64,000 nucleotides of DNA from Psammoneis japonica (lineage: Eukaryota), in contig QPGO01000008.1 of assembly GCA_008632985.1 (NCBI GenBank), positions 724,979 to 788,978 of the forward strand. The letters run 5' to 3'. Position numbers and translations under genes: made by a program. Under the pieces are notes generated by a model, which saw only the letters and a program-made list of their open reading frames with translations, was not told where the DNA came from and did not search any database. This document shows, one piece after another, positions 22,252 through 33,812 of this stretch (the stretch's first letter is position 1; each line of letters opens with the position of its first letter).

Positions 22252-24027
22252 ATGTCTTCTGAAGAGGAAGACAGAACGAGTGCTCCTGCAGTGGCTTCTG
22301 CTGCATCACCAAACGATGCAACTGTAGCCGAGACGCTCCAAGCGATAGAGCAGTTGACGACGGTGTTTGGTTTTGATTGGGACGCTGCTCAGCGGGCTGT
22401 AGAAACTGTGGGTGTCGATGTGACGACGGCGTACAATTACATTTTGGATGAAGGTCTTGGAACAGATCAAGGAGGTCCCATCATTCCCAAGTCGGACTGT
22501 CCTCACGTATTGAACCACGTTCTCGTCACACCTTCTGATTTGCCCTCGCCGAGATCAAAATGCACCTACAGAGAAGATTCTCCGAGTGGCAATGCCAAGG
22601 GTGAAATTAGCGAGGACGGGACGTGTCCTGGAGAAGAAAATTGGGTGTGTTTGCAGTGCGGTGTTGTTCGGTGCTCGCGCTACGTGAACGGCCACTGCTT
22701 GTCACACTGGGAAGAAACCAAACAAGAAGGAGACGTAGGGCATTGTGTTGCTGCCAGCTTGACGGATTTGTCAGTTTGGTGCCATGAATGCAGTGCCTAT
22801 TTGAGGCATGCCAATTTGGATCCACTGATAACGAGGCTTGAGGAGTTGAAGTTTGCGCCACCTTCCGAACAGCAAGAACCACCCGACGATCATGACGAGG
22901 AGCAACAGCGTCATTTTGACGATGAAAGCACGGGCTACAATGACATTGGCCGTGGTATGCCGGTGGATATTTCAGATTATGATACTCTCGAAGATGCACC
23001 TGCGAAAATAACCTATCCATTTGGTACCTTGCCGAAGAATCTCAAAGAAGTAGCTGAATTTATCCAGTCTGACAAGTGTCAATCGATCGTTGTTTTGGCC
23101 GGCGCTGGCATGAGCGTAAACTCAGGGATACCTGATTTTCGTTCACAAGGTGGATTCTATGAGACCTTGCGCCCGGAACTCTTGACAGCTACTGCCGAGG
23201 AACGTGAGCTTATTCGAAACGATCCAACGGCAGCTCTTACACAAACACTTTTTCTTCAAAACCAGTTTCCGTGTTTGGAGTTGAAGCGACCCTTCCTTTT
23301 GGGAACACGAGACGCGAAATGGAAGGCGACTCTAGCGCACCGTTTTGTTGAGATGCTTCATTCAAAGACGGGCAAATTGACCAGGCTGTATACGCAGAAC
23401 ATTGATGGGCTAGAGCGACAGTGCCACATGCTCCCACAAAGCAAGGTGATTCCCGTCCACGGCTCCATGAGCCGAGCTGAGTGTGCCATGTGCGGAGAAG
23501 ACGCCAACTTTGATAAGTTCTGCAACGACGTTGAGCGTCAAATCAAGGACATTACTGGACAGGATCCAAATGCACCGAGCGAATCGACTGAGATTTGCTG
23601 TGAAAGCTGCGGCTGTGCCGCTGTCAAACCGTCTATTGTCTTGTTTCGTGCGTCCCTCCCGACGGAATTTTTCCAGGCTTTACCAAACGATTTGCCCGGA
23701 GTCGACTTGTTGATTGTAGTGGGTACGTCATTGACGGTGGCTCCTGCAAACACGCTTGTCTTTCGCGTACCGCCCACTGCAATGAGGCTTTTGGTGAATC
23801 GCGATCCAGTGGGATCACGATTAGGTATCCAATACGGTGAAGAATCCGAGCGTGATGTATTCGCTCCTGGTGACTGTGACGAAGTTCTGTTGGATCTAAT
23901 GACAGAACTGGGATGGCTGAACGAGTTGGCTCCCCTTGCAAATGAATTACCCCATGACAGCTCCAGGCTTTTGCGCGAACGACTAGAATCGAACAAGTCG
24001 CGTGAGCAGAACGAACCAGTCGAGTAG
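22252..24027 (+). CDS. NAD-dependent deacetylase (class I sirtuin) with N-terminal UBA-like and ZnF-UBP domains
   Basis: CPH...WVCLQCG...CSRYVNGH...H...WCHECSAY (ZnF-UBP). GAGMSVNSGIPDFRS, YTQNIDGLE, HG, zinc-ribbon cysteines and GTSL (SIR2). Confidence 0.92.
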   Translation: MSSEEEDRTSAPAVASAASPNDATVAETLQAIEQLTTVFGFDWDAAQRAVETVGVDVTTAYNYILDEGLGTDQGGPIIPKSDCPHVLNHVLVTPSDLPSPRSKCTYREDSPSGNAKGEISEDGTCPGEENWVCLQCGVVRCSRYVNGHCLSHWEETKQEGDVGHCVAASLTDLSVWCHECSAYLRHANLDPLITRLEELKFAPPSEQQEPPDDHDEEQQRHFDDESTGYNDIGRGMPVDISDYDTLEDAPAKITYPFGTLPKNLKEVAEFIQSDKCQSIVVLAGAGMSVNSGIPDFRSQGGFYETLRPELLTATAEERELIRNDPTAALTQTLFLQNQFPCLELKRPFLLGTRDAKWKATLAHRFVEMLHSKTGKLTRLYTQNIDGLERQCHMLPQSKVIPVHGSMSRAECAMCGEDANFDKFCNDVERQIKDITGQDPNAPSESTEICCESCGCAAVKPSIVLFRASLPTEFFQALPNDLPGVDLLIVVGTSLTVAPANTLVFRVPPTAMRLLVNRDPVGSRLGIQYGEESERDVFAPGDCDEVLLDLMTELGWLNELAPLANELPHDSSRLLRERLESNKSREQNEPVE

Positions 24028-24093
24028 AAGAATTAGAAGAAATAAAATAAAATGAAAACAATTGTAAACTTTCTTCTTTCGGGATTTGCTTCT

Positions 24094-25803
24094 CTACGCC
24101 ATCATTTCCCGCGCAATATCAACAGCGTTCTTGCAACCATCATACACTCCAATCTTTGCGTTTTCCATGATTCGTTCATTCATGCTAACGATGAGCGGTG
24201 CATCAGGTTCGCGAAAGAGTTCCACGTATTGCAAAGCATCCTCTACTTCTCTGGCTTCCAAGGTCCCGTCTCCCAATTCTGACGCACGAAGCGCCGAGTA
24301 CGCCTCGTGGTCGCCCACGCGACGAATCATAAGTTTTGGAACGGGATAAAAGGCTAGTTCACTGGGCTTGCATGCCAAAATATCAGTGACACGGCACACA
24401 ATATCGGTTGTAGCCACCGCTGGGAAGTAGTCTTTGAAAGCAAAGAGAGTTACAGGCAAGTTGGGCTCTTTTCCCAGACGCAAGTTGTCGCAAAAGTCAT
24501 GGACGCCCTGGATGCTATCTACGACATCGTAACCAAGCCCAACTGAGTCAAGAGCTTTGATGAAGCCAACTCTCATGTGTTCATGGTCAGCAGCATTCAG
24601 GAACAGTTGCACCTCTCCCTCTTCGACCAGCGGTGCGAGTTCCTTAACCAGGTTTGTAACAAACTTGCGTTGCGCGCCGGCTCCTCCAACAGGAATCAAA
24701 AGACGCAGAGGTTTTCCTTTCTTGGCTCGTTCAATACGCGCGTTGCAATCATGTTCCACGTTGACCACCAAATCTCGCGGAATCCAGTGGCCTGCAAGCC
24801 GGATTTCATCTGCCGGGACACCCATTTTCAAAAGCTGGGCATAATTGGTCGGGCCCTGAACCAGGTTGAGTGCGCCGGGCACTACAATAAACCACTGCGC
24901 ATGGTTGTCAATAACGAGATTAATAACGTTCGTAAAGCCACAAGCCACCGCACACAAGCCCACTAAACAATGGGTAGCAATAATGGGCGTGTCCCGAGGC
25001 AATTCCATGAGGAGCGGTTTGGCCACTTCACCCATTTGATATGTCGCACGAAGTGAGTCAGCGTCACCACTTAGAGTGAGTGCACCCCAGAGTTTCTCAA
25101 TTGGCCCACCCAACTCAGAAGCCCAGCGTGATCCCTTGGAATATAATTTATCCATATCCTTGATAAGCTTAGCTTCGGGAGAATCAATGTTGAGAAAGTC
25201 ATGAAAGTATGTCTCAGAGCCCCTATCCAAACTCCAAGAACAAGCGGCGTAAGCAATACGATGATGGCCAAATCCCATACGAATAGTCCCTACTACGATT
25301 GGTTGCTTCTCCTTGACAGTTCCTCTCGTAGCTCTTCGAGTCGTCAACTTGTGAGGATACGAACCAACTTCACCCTGTTTGACGGTGACCTTGAGATTCT
25401 CCATAAAGGTGCTGTCTTGCTCGCCCAGCAAGACAGGTTCGGTGGAGGGCGTATGCCCGCCAGCGCTCATCCAGTTGGTAAACAAGAGCTTGACTCTGCT
25501 GCCAAACGAAGGTCCCTCCGGCTCCTGAACCCACTCGTCAACGTTCACCGCGTTGTTCTTTGTCAGCGACTGGAACGAACTGTTCACAAGGAGAACAGCC
25601 ACAGCTACCATCAAACCGATTATCGTAAAGATTAACGACAGTGGTATCAGGAAAGCTGAAAGCTCGACACCCTCCAAAACCTCGCTGGCATCGACATTTC
25701 GTACTCGGTCGACAAGCCATTCGGCATCCGACTTGAGTCCTTCGGTATCGCCACCGTACTTTCCAACTAGCACAGCGATAGCTAACGGAGCCACGCCTTT
25801 CAT
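24094..25803 (-). CDS. Membrane-anchored GT-B-fold glycosyltransferase-like protein (DUF6938-like)
   Basis: Intronless 569-aa ORF. IRMGFGHHR, IIATH, VGGAGAQ and KPSELAFYPVP motifs. N-terminal TM segment. Confidence 0.65.
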   Translation of the reverse strand: MKGVAPLAIAVLVGKYGGDTEGLKSDAEWLVDRVRNVDASEVLEGVELSAFLIPLSLIFTIIGLMVAVAVLLVNSSFQSLTKNNAVNVDEWVQEPEGPSFGSRVKLLFTNWMSAGGHTPSTEPVLLGEQDSTFMENLKVTVKQGEVGSYPHKLTTRRATRGTVKEKQPIVVGTIRMGFGHHRIAYAACSWSLDRGSETYFHDFLNIDSPEAKLIKDMDKLYSKGSRWASELGGPIEKLWGALTLSGDADSLRATYQMGEVAKPLLMELPRDTPIIATHCLVGLCAVACGFTNVINLVIDNHAQWFIVVPGALNLVQGPTNYAQLLKMGVPADEIRLAGHWIPRDLVVNVEHDCNARIERAKKGKPLRLLIPVGGAGAQRKFVTNLVKELAPLVEEGEVQLFLNAADHEHMRVGFIKALDSVGLGYDVVDSIQGVHDFCDNLRLGKEPNLPVTLFAFKDYFPAVATTDIVCRVTDILACKPSELAFYPVPKLMIRRVGDHEAYSALRASELGDGTLEAREVEDALQYVELFREPDAPLIVSMNERIMENAKIGVYDGCKNAVDIAREMMA

Positions 25804-27027
25804 GATTACCGATTATCTGTGTATCTACACTATCACCGCAAAAGCTACGGTCCTTGCTATTCGCTCTTCGACAGGTGTCAGTGGCGTTGCAGATTGCAGG
25901 TCGCAGGGTGCTATTGCTAGCTCTAGAGAAGTATCTTGCAGTAAGTGTGTCGAGTGTCGATGACGCAGATGCAACAAGAGGTGCTATGCAAAGCAAGATC
26001 GCGTGCGAGCGAGTGACGGACGGACTGCCCACGATCTCCCTTTCTATTCTATCTGCAAGTCGTCCGGATCGTTGTTGCCGTGGTGCTGCGGAGTTCATTC
26101 AGTCGCACTGGGTGCTGACTTTACGGCATGTGGGGCCCTGCTCTCTACCAGCTAGTGGCAGGAATTAAAACACTGTGGGTTCCCGTGACTGTTCCACATG
26201 AGAAATCCAGCATCCCCAACAAAATTGTTGTGGTGTTTTGTCGAAGTCAGCAGGCAAGGGTGTTGCCGACCAAGCCCCGCTCGAAAATCTCATTGCGACA
26301 AAACCAGCTGGCACACCTCTCACTCAATCTCTCTTGGCAATGATGTGCCAGAGACACATTGCATGACGCACACATGCCATTCTTGCCATGTCCGTGTCAG
26401 AAATGGGCCAAGGCAAGCATGCGTGCATCATTGCCAAAAGTCTGCAACACGCCGTTGTGCTGCTGGTGTGTCATCAAAACATCGGGCCAGTGGGAGAGAG
26501 CTCTGTTTCTCCCCCTGCTCATGCCAGCTGATGCACTCTCATTGCAGAGCTGACCTTGTCTGGGAGGCTTTCTGATCACAGACATCATCCAAAGAAAGAG
26601 CCTCATTGACTGAGATGTGTTTTTGAGCAGCACCCCCGTGCCTGCAAAGTCTTCCTCTCCATGGGCACCCCAAGCATGTCATGTCATTGCCAACCAAGCT
26701 CTAGACTCACCAGAGTTCAAAAAATCCAGTTCAACAAAACTCTGCTGGCTCTCTCTCTCTCTTCAATTGACTTTCCTTCTTGTGTCACTGTCTCTTCTTT
26801 GTGTGCACAAAAAAAGCAAGAGCAGTGTTGCTTTGCAAGGGTGGGAAGCAAGTTTCCATGCAGCCCCATTGTCTGTCCAACAATGCACAAGAAATCTTGT
26901 GCATGCTGCCTTGACCTTGTGATGGATTTCAAAGTGGAGGACACACATGTGCCGCTCCTCAATGGCCAACAGCGACCACGCAACAGGGCACCTCTAACAA
27001 CCAGACCTTTGCACACAGCTCCACAGT

Positions 27028-30000
27028 TGTCAGCAGACTGGCTGCTGTCTGCAGTCAGACTGTGTGCCAACAACAAGATGGGCTCTTTAGGCAGATGAGC
27101 AGATCTCTCTGAGATCAGCTTCTCTCACTCTTTCTCACTGGCACATGTGTCATCCACTGTCGCCAGTTTGCAGGGAGCTCTTTGGCTTGTTTCACTCTTG
27201 CCATTGGCACTCTGTCAGGTTGTGTCACCCTTTTGTTGCTTCCTCTGACTTTGATTGGGATGCAGAGTCAAAACAGGTCATTCAAGGCACTGGCACCTCC
27301 GCTTGTCTCAAGGACAACACCAGGTGCATCTGCCAAAATGCCACCATTGAAAAACTTTTTTGCTCCACAGGCTGTGGTGCAAGCTCTGCATGTGCATCTT
27401 TGTTTTTTTTAGAAGTCTTGCTTGATGGACATGCAGTTGAATTTGGGTCACAATTCATCTGTGTTGCAACTTCCACCATGATTTTTTGGGCTTGTGAGCT
27501 GAACAAGCATGCCACCATTTTTGATCCTGGAACAGAGTTTTTCACAGCGCCCAAGACAATTCTCTGGGCCACAGAATCACACCAAGCTCTGCATGTTTTT
27601 TTGGCAAAAAATCATCACACCGATCTCACCATGGCACATCCCACCCCAAAAAAGGGCACCGTTGACACCCTTGCCAAGATCTCCGTGGTGTTCAAACCAC
27701 ACACTCACCAATGAGATGCTTCCAAGCACCTGAACAGCTTGCGTGGTGGCTCTGTCATCAATCTGGATTAGTTCTTTGATGATGACAAACATGCATGATC
27801 AAAAGATGGTGTTGTTGATCTCTCAACTGAGCATGTCATTCAAGAGATGATCCTCCCAGAGACTGTGCACCCTGCAGATGAGCTTGCAGTCATGCAGTTG
27901 ATCGACAAGTGCCCTCTGCGCATCACCACTGGAACCGCGGACAACTCTCTTTCTTGCCTTTCTTGTCAGATGCTAGATCACAAGATCAGGACTGCTCTCA
28001 AGATCAAGCATGCAAAGGTGATCAATGCAATTGATCCCAGGAATGTTCATTTTGACCCCAATGTGAAGCACTCACATCAGGATTGGAGTGAGTTTGCTGA
28101 CACCCCACACCCACCAATGTGCGCACCCAAGACCTCTGCATCATCATCTGCCAGTTCAGGTGGACTCACAATCTCTGATTTGATCACTGCTTGGAACAAC
28201 AACCATGCTGCAATGGGCACACCAGCAACAGGAGCTCCCAGTGGATCTAAGACCCCCACTGTGACCTTGTCTTCCAAGCTCTTGTTCAGCCCGGATGCTT
28301 CACCTAAAGATGTCTGTGAATGATTTGACCACAAGGCCAAAGAGAAGGTGGTCCTCCAGAACTCTCTAGTCCAACACTCCAGCAGATTCATGCATCATTT
28401 GGATGGTGCAGACCAGCTTGTCCCACCCAAGAATGGCTCTCCATTTGTCATGACTTTGACCCCAGATCATGAGGCTTCATTCCAAGAAACCAAGCTTGTG
28501 CCATGGTCTCCTCACGGCATTTGTCAGCAGTGCATCAATTTTCAGCATCACGGCACTGACAGTGGCTGCAACATGCATCCCCTGTGGTGTTTCAAATGCA
28601 GCCAAGGTGATGACACAGGTTTCACCACCAGCAATGCCCCCCTGGCAACCATCTGCTGCAACACATGTGCTCAGGTTGCCTCTTGGCATTGCATGCATTG
28701 CACAAGCTCTTGTCACATCTGGACATGCTGTTCCTGAAGAACAGCAAGCTGTGCTGCATTGTGGCCACTTGCGCTGTGGTGGCAATGTTGTTGCTGCAAA
28801 GCCTTGAAACAGATTCTAGATTCTGTTTCAAGTTCATCCAGCTTTTTGCAGCCAATGAAGCAGCAGGTTCAGTTGACTTGTGCCCCAAGCAAGGCAACAA
28901 CCTCTCCATCAATGACTGCTTTGTGCTCTTCAAGGATTTTCTGCAGCCCTGTGCATTTGATTTTGATGATGATTTGTCGCTGGACAATGACAGTGGTGAG
29001 ATGACTGTTTTTGTCAAGAAGGCCAAGCACTCAAAGTTCTTGACCTGTGTCACCAAGAATGAACAAGCCTCTCCAGCTCTTCAGTGCAAGTGCACTGAGA
29101 AGCACTTTGTGGAAACACTTGGCTTGTTTCTCAGTCAAGCTGACAGTCCCCTTGCTCATGAGTCACCAGCCAGTTGAGTGCAGAACCCCTGCCAGTCCTG
29201 CAATTGCTGTCACACCCCATGCCACACAGCTGACATCAGCAGTCTTGATGCAGTTGATCCACCTGAAATGGAACCTGCTCCTGCTGATGATGTCCCTGAT
29301 GATGCTTTGGTCCCACGTGACAACACCTCAGAAACCCTTTGTGATGAATTGGAAGCCATGGGTGTCCCTGCCAAGGACAATGATCGTGTCCTTCATCACA
29401 CTTGCTCAGCTTTGGTGTTCAAGCTCAAGGCACCCCCAGCAGAAGCCACCAAACATCCATGTTTGGTGTGTGCACTGGCAACCATCTTTTTGATGATTGT
29501 CCCATTCTGCAGAGTGACCCTCTTGCATCAAGGATTTTCACATTTGCTTCTGTCAATCATTGAAACATGAAGCCACTCAGCATGCTGCTGCCTTCAATGG
29601 CACCCAAGGACTCTTGCCTGCTGGACAGAATGGGCAAGCCACCTCTCTTGCTAAATCTCAGCTGGAGGATTTTCAGTCGGGCCATCGCAGCCAGTTTTGG
29701 ACCAGGGACGCAGCCCGTCATCTCCTTTCTGAGACAAAACAGATGACCATGGGGGCAACTGTGAAAGAGGGACTCACCATTCCATTGCCTTTTTGGACCT
29801 GGGATGCAGCCTGTCATCTCCTTTCTGAGACAAAACAGATGACCATGGGGCAACTGTGAAAGAGGGGCTCACTGTTCCGTTGCCTTCCACTGACAAACCT
29901 CATTCTTCACAAGACAATTTCATCCAGAATTGCGTGAGACACCTGTCCTCCAATGTCACCTGATGTCAAGACTCTCACAAACAGGTGCTCCACGCAGTCA

Positions 30001-33000
30001 ACGGTGAATGGAAACAAGACTTCTTCACAGTGGATTGTTTCTTAAAATCCAAAGACCAAGGAACCTGCAAGCATGTTGTGAAACATTGCATGCAAAAAGC
30101 TCAAGACATCATCATCCATGGTCAGCTTGACAATGTCAAGTGTTTTGCCCATCCTTCAATCTTCCCAGAATTGAGTGAGACACTTGATGCAGCAATGTTG
30201 GAACTCAAAACTGCTGACCTCAAGCTTGGAAAAGAATTCAATGCAGTGGTGGGACACACAATTGATGCCCACAAAGAGAACCCAGAGCATGCCATGAAGA
30301 AACAACACAAGCTCATCCCCTGAGTGTGCCAAGATGTTCCCTTCAAGACACACCTTGAGGACAAGGCACCAGCCGCCCCAATCTCTTGAGGCTGACACCA
30401 AACGTGCACTTTGGCATCAACGTCTTGGCCATCCCAGTGATCACCACTTGCATGACACCCACAAACATGTCAAGGGTGTTCCCAAGCTTGCTCATGGTGA
30501 ATCTCCTTTGGACACTTGTCCTGCTTGCATTTGTGTGAAACAGAGACAAAGAGCCCTGCTGGCCCCAACTCCACACACACCGTGACCCAGGCCTGTCAAG
30601 GACCAACAGTGGATTTTGCTTTCTCCAGTGTCAAATTGAAGAATGAAGAATGTGCAATGGATTGTGCCAGCCTCAATGGAGAAACTTGTTGGATTCTCAT
30701 TTACAACCACCACACCCGTCATCTCCAATGTGCCTTGATTGAACATGACATCTTCTCCCCTCCTCCTCTCCCACCAAAAAAGAAGAGCATGTCCTGGAAC
30801 CAACCATGGCAGATGCATGAGCTGTTGCTGAGCTGTGTTTCCCTCACATTGATTTCTCTGTGCTTGACAATGTGGAATCTGAATTCCTCCTGACAATTGA
30901 CCATGCAACACACGGCACTTTCAACAGTTTTGTGATCTTGTCTCATGCCATCACACTGGAAGAGCAACCTCTGAACAGTTTTCCTTGCAACTGCCTCAAG
31001 AAACTGCCTGCATGGGACAAGTGGCATGCAGTGAATTCAAATGCTCAATCATTTTCATGCCATGGGCATGTTTGGTGCACCAATCAAGTGACCAAATGAT
31101 TCAATTGCACTCTGTCCCAATTGGCAGTGCAATGTCAAGATGGATGGCACTCTGTGTTCTTGCTGTTGCTGTGGTGGTTCCTCATGTGCTGCTCCTGCTT
31201 TGCACTGTCTTCAGTCTGCCCATTCCTCCTGCATGGAACAACTGATGCAACATGTGTTTTTTGCACCATCAGCTTTGATGGGATGCCGAGTGCACTCTGG
31301 TGATGTGCAGGATGCTTGTGCCCACTCACCTCATCCTTCAACACCAGTGTTTGTTCAGATTGATGAGGCTTGTGCCACATGGCAATTGCTTTGGTGTTGA
31401 CTTGGGAAGGTCTGTGGTGCTGCTGATCCTCCATGCCTTGCAACAAGGACACCCAGAATCTGGTGCACATTGGGAGAATCACATCAACAAGATTCTTGCA
31501 GATGCCAAACCATTGTTTCACAACACTGCCCATCACAAGTGCATCCATGCCTCCATGTTTGAAGGCAAGCAGATCCTCCTCCTCCATCAGGTTGATGATT
31601 TTCTGACAGCATGTGAAGAGGAATTGCACACCATCAAGATTTTGATGCCATTGGTGAAGTCCTCTGCCTCTGGGCAAAGACTTGATCTCTTTCAAGTGCC
31701 TTGGCCCATGCAATGAGTTCAATGGTGTGGACATCCACCAACATGATAACTCACATCAATTGCATGCTGTGCATGTCTTGATCAGGTCCTCACATCACAT
31801 GGTTGGCTTGTCCCCGCTGCTGATGAATTGGACACTGATTGTCATGCTGCTTCCCTCCCAGTTGAGTGTGTTTCGAAACTGTGCTCCGATGTTGGACCTG
31901 TAAATGCACTCCCAAACATGAGGAACTTGCTGAACTCCATGGTTTTGGCTGTCAAAACCTGCTTGGTGAGTTGTCAGGTGCCTGCGTGATTTGTCATCCT
32001 GACATTGGTCATGCCATCACTGCCCTGTCAATGCCCTGAAAGGCCTTGCGAAGTGTCTTCATCACAACAAGCATTGGGGTGTCAACTGCAAGACACCAAC
32101 CAAGGACACCACACAGCTGTTGCACTCTTTTGAATGATTGGAGTTGGACCCCACCCTTCTGGAGTTCCCTGTTGCAGATTCACCTGCTCAGTCACTTGGT
32201 TTCTTGGATGCAGCACATGGCAATGACCTCTGCAACTGTCGCTCCACTGTTGGTGGCTGTGAGTGCATGCTTGCTGGTGCCACCATTTTGCATCAGCGCA
32301 AGATGCAGATGGTTGCTGCAATGAGCTCTGCTCAGGTGGAGTTCCATGCAGCTGGCACTGCTGCCAATCATGCCCTGTGCCTCTGCTCAGTCCTTTGGGA
32401 ACTTGGTTTGCCCAGGATGGCCCCACCCTTTGTGTGTTGACAATGAGCCAGCCATCAAGATCATCAATGACCAGATCCCTGCAATGCATTCCCACCATGT
32501 TGATGTTCAGTGGTTCACAATTCAAGACTAAAATGAAGCCAGGCATGTTGTCACTTGACACACTCCTGGCACTGTCAACGTGACCTTGCCAAGGCTCTTG
32601 GATCCATGCTGCATGCACGCCATGCCATCGGATGATGGGACACTGTCAATGACACTCTGTTCTGCTCAACTGTGTCTTCTCTAGAGCTGCCCTGGGTTCC
32701 TTTTCTATCTGTTCTCTTTTTGAGTCATCTGGTTTGACCTGTGTTCCTTTGATTGTTGATTGTTTCCTGTCACACCCTCCTGTTTTTTCTGTCTTTGACC
32801 CACCACATTGGCTTCGGAGTTGACATGCTGCTGGATCAGGGGAGGGCATCAGCAGACTGACTGCTGTCCATGGTTAGACTGTGTGTGGATGACAGATGGA
32901 CTCTTTAGATGGACAAGCAGCACAGATCTCTTTGAGATCTGCTTCTCTCACTCTTTCTCACCAGCGCACGTGTCATCTGCTGTCACTGCTGGTTTGCAGG

Positions 33001-33044
33001 GAGCTCTTCAGCTTGTCACTCTCACCATCGGCATTCTTCTGTCA
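27028..33044 (+). mobile_element. Ty1/Copia (CoDi-like) LTR retrotransposon, degenerate
   Basis: LTRs 27028-27217 and 32847-33044. PPT AGGGGAGGG 32838-32846. TSD ACAGT/ACAGC. GAG-pre-integrase LWHQRLGHPS, RT ALQQGHPESG...QVDDF, RNase H FLDAAHGNDL...SS-VEFHAA. Confidence 0.92.
29695..29887 (+). repeat. 96-bp tandem duplication inside Copia-2
   Basis: TTTTGGACC...CATTGCC unit at 29695 and 29791. Confidence 0.9.
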
Positions 33045-33812
33045 ACAGCACCAACAGAGACCAAAGCTGACCCTTGTGCACAGCTCTGTGGCTCCAACAG
33101 AGACCAACACAGAAAATTGTGTGGTGGTTGGGCCTCTCCCCATCTCCTGCGGTGGTCAGCCAGCTGGTTCCCATGAGTCTTGTGATGGGTTCTTGGCCAG
33201 GAGACACAGAACAAGCAATGAGCAGCTCACAACTGCACCAAGCTCATTCTTGATTGTGAGCATTCTTTCATTGGCCTCACACATGAGCAATTGCCTTGTC
33301 ATCAAATTGGAGGATCTTGGTGCATTTGAGGCCACATTTTCGTCAAACACCACAAAGAGAAAAAAATGAGCACATGATGGTTCATGCAAGTGGTGGGTGC
33401 ATCGTTGTGCAGCAGGAATCTGCAACAAGACAAAGAGCAAGCATCCTTGACATGGGCACTGCATAATGACTCGAGCACTTCTTGGGTGCTTGGCTCATTG
33501 CAAGTCTTCCTTGGAGCGGCGCTCTCGAGCTGTGCCGTGAGTGACTACATCAGCATCGGTGTGACCGCTGATCTCATCATCGCAGGCAAATTTTCAAAAA
33601 TGCGTAGAACCCCACTGTACACTACACGGCGGATTCCTGATTCCAGTTTCACACCATGCAACAACAAGCAGTCTCAATGAGGCAACTCTCTCTAGCTAGC
33701 TAGAGGGTAATCACTACTAAAACGTTCAGAAACCAGAAGCACCCCCTAACCGAATAGACACTGCAGTCAGTTTTCAGTTTTACAAGAACAAATCAGAGGC
33801 ATCGCAGCAAGA

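Larger units (their letters stand above)
26170..33615. mobile_element. Repeat block 2: degenerate host element containing Copia-2
   Basis: TpA/CpG-depleted on both sides of Copia-2. Weak possible terminal inverted repeat (CACTGTGGGTTC ~26171, GAACCCCACTGTA ~33607). Confidence 0.45.
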
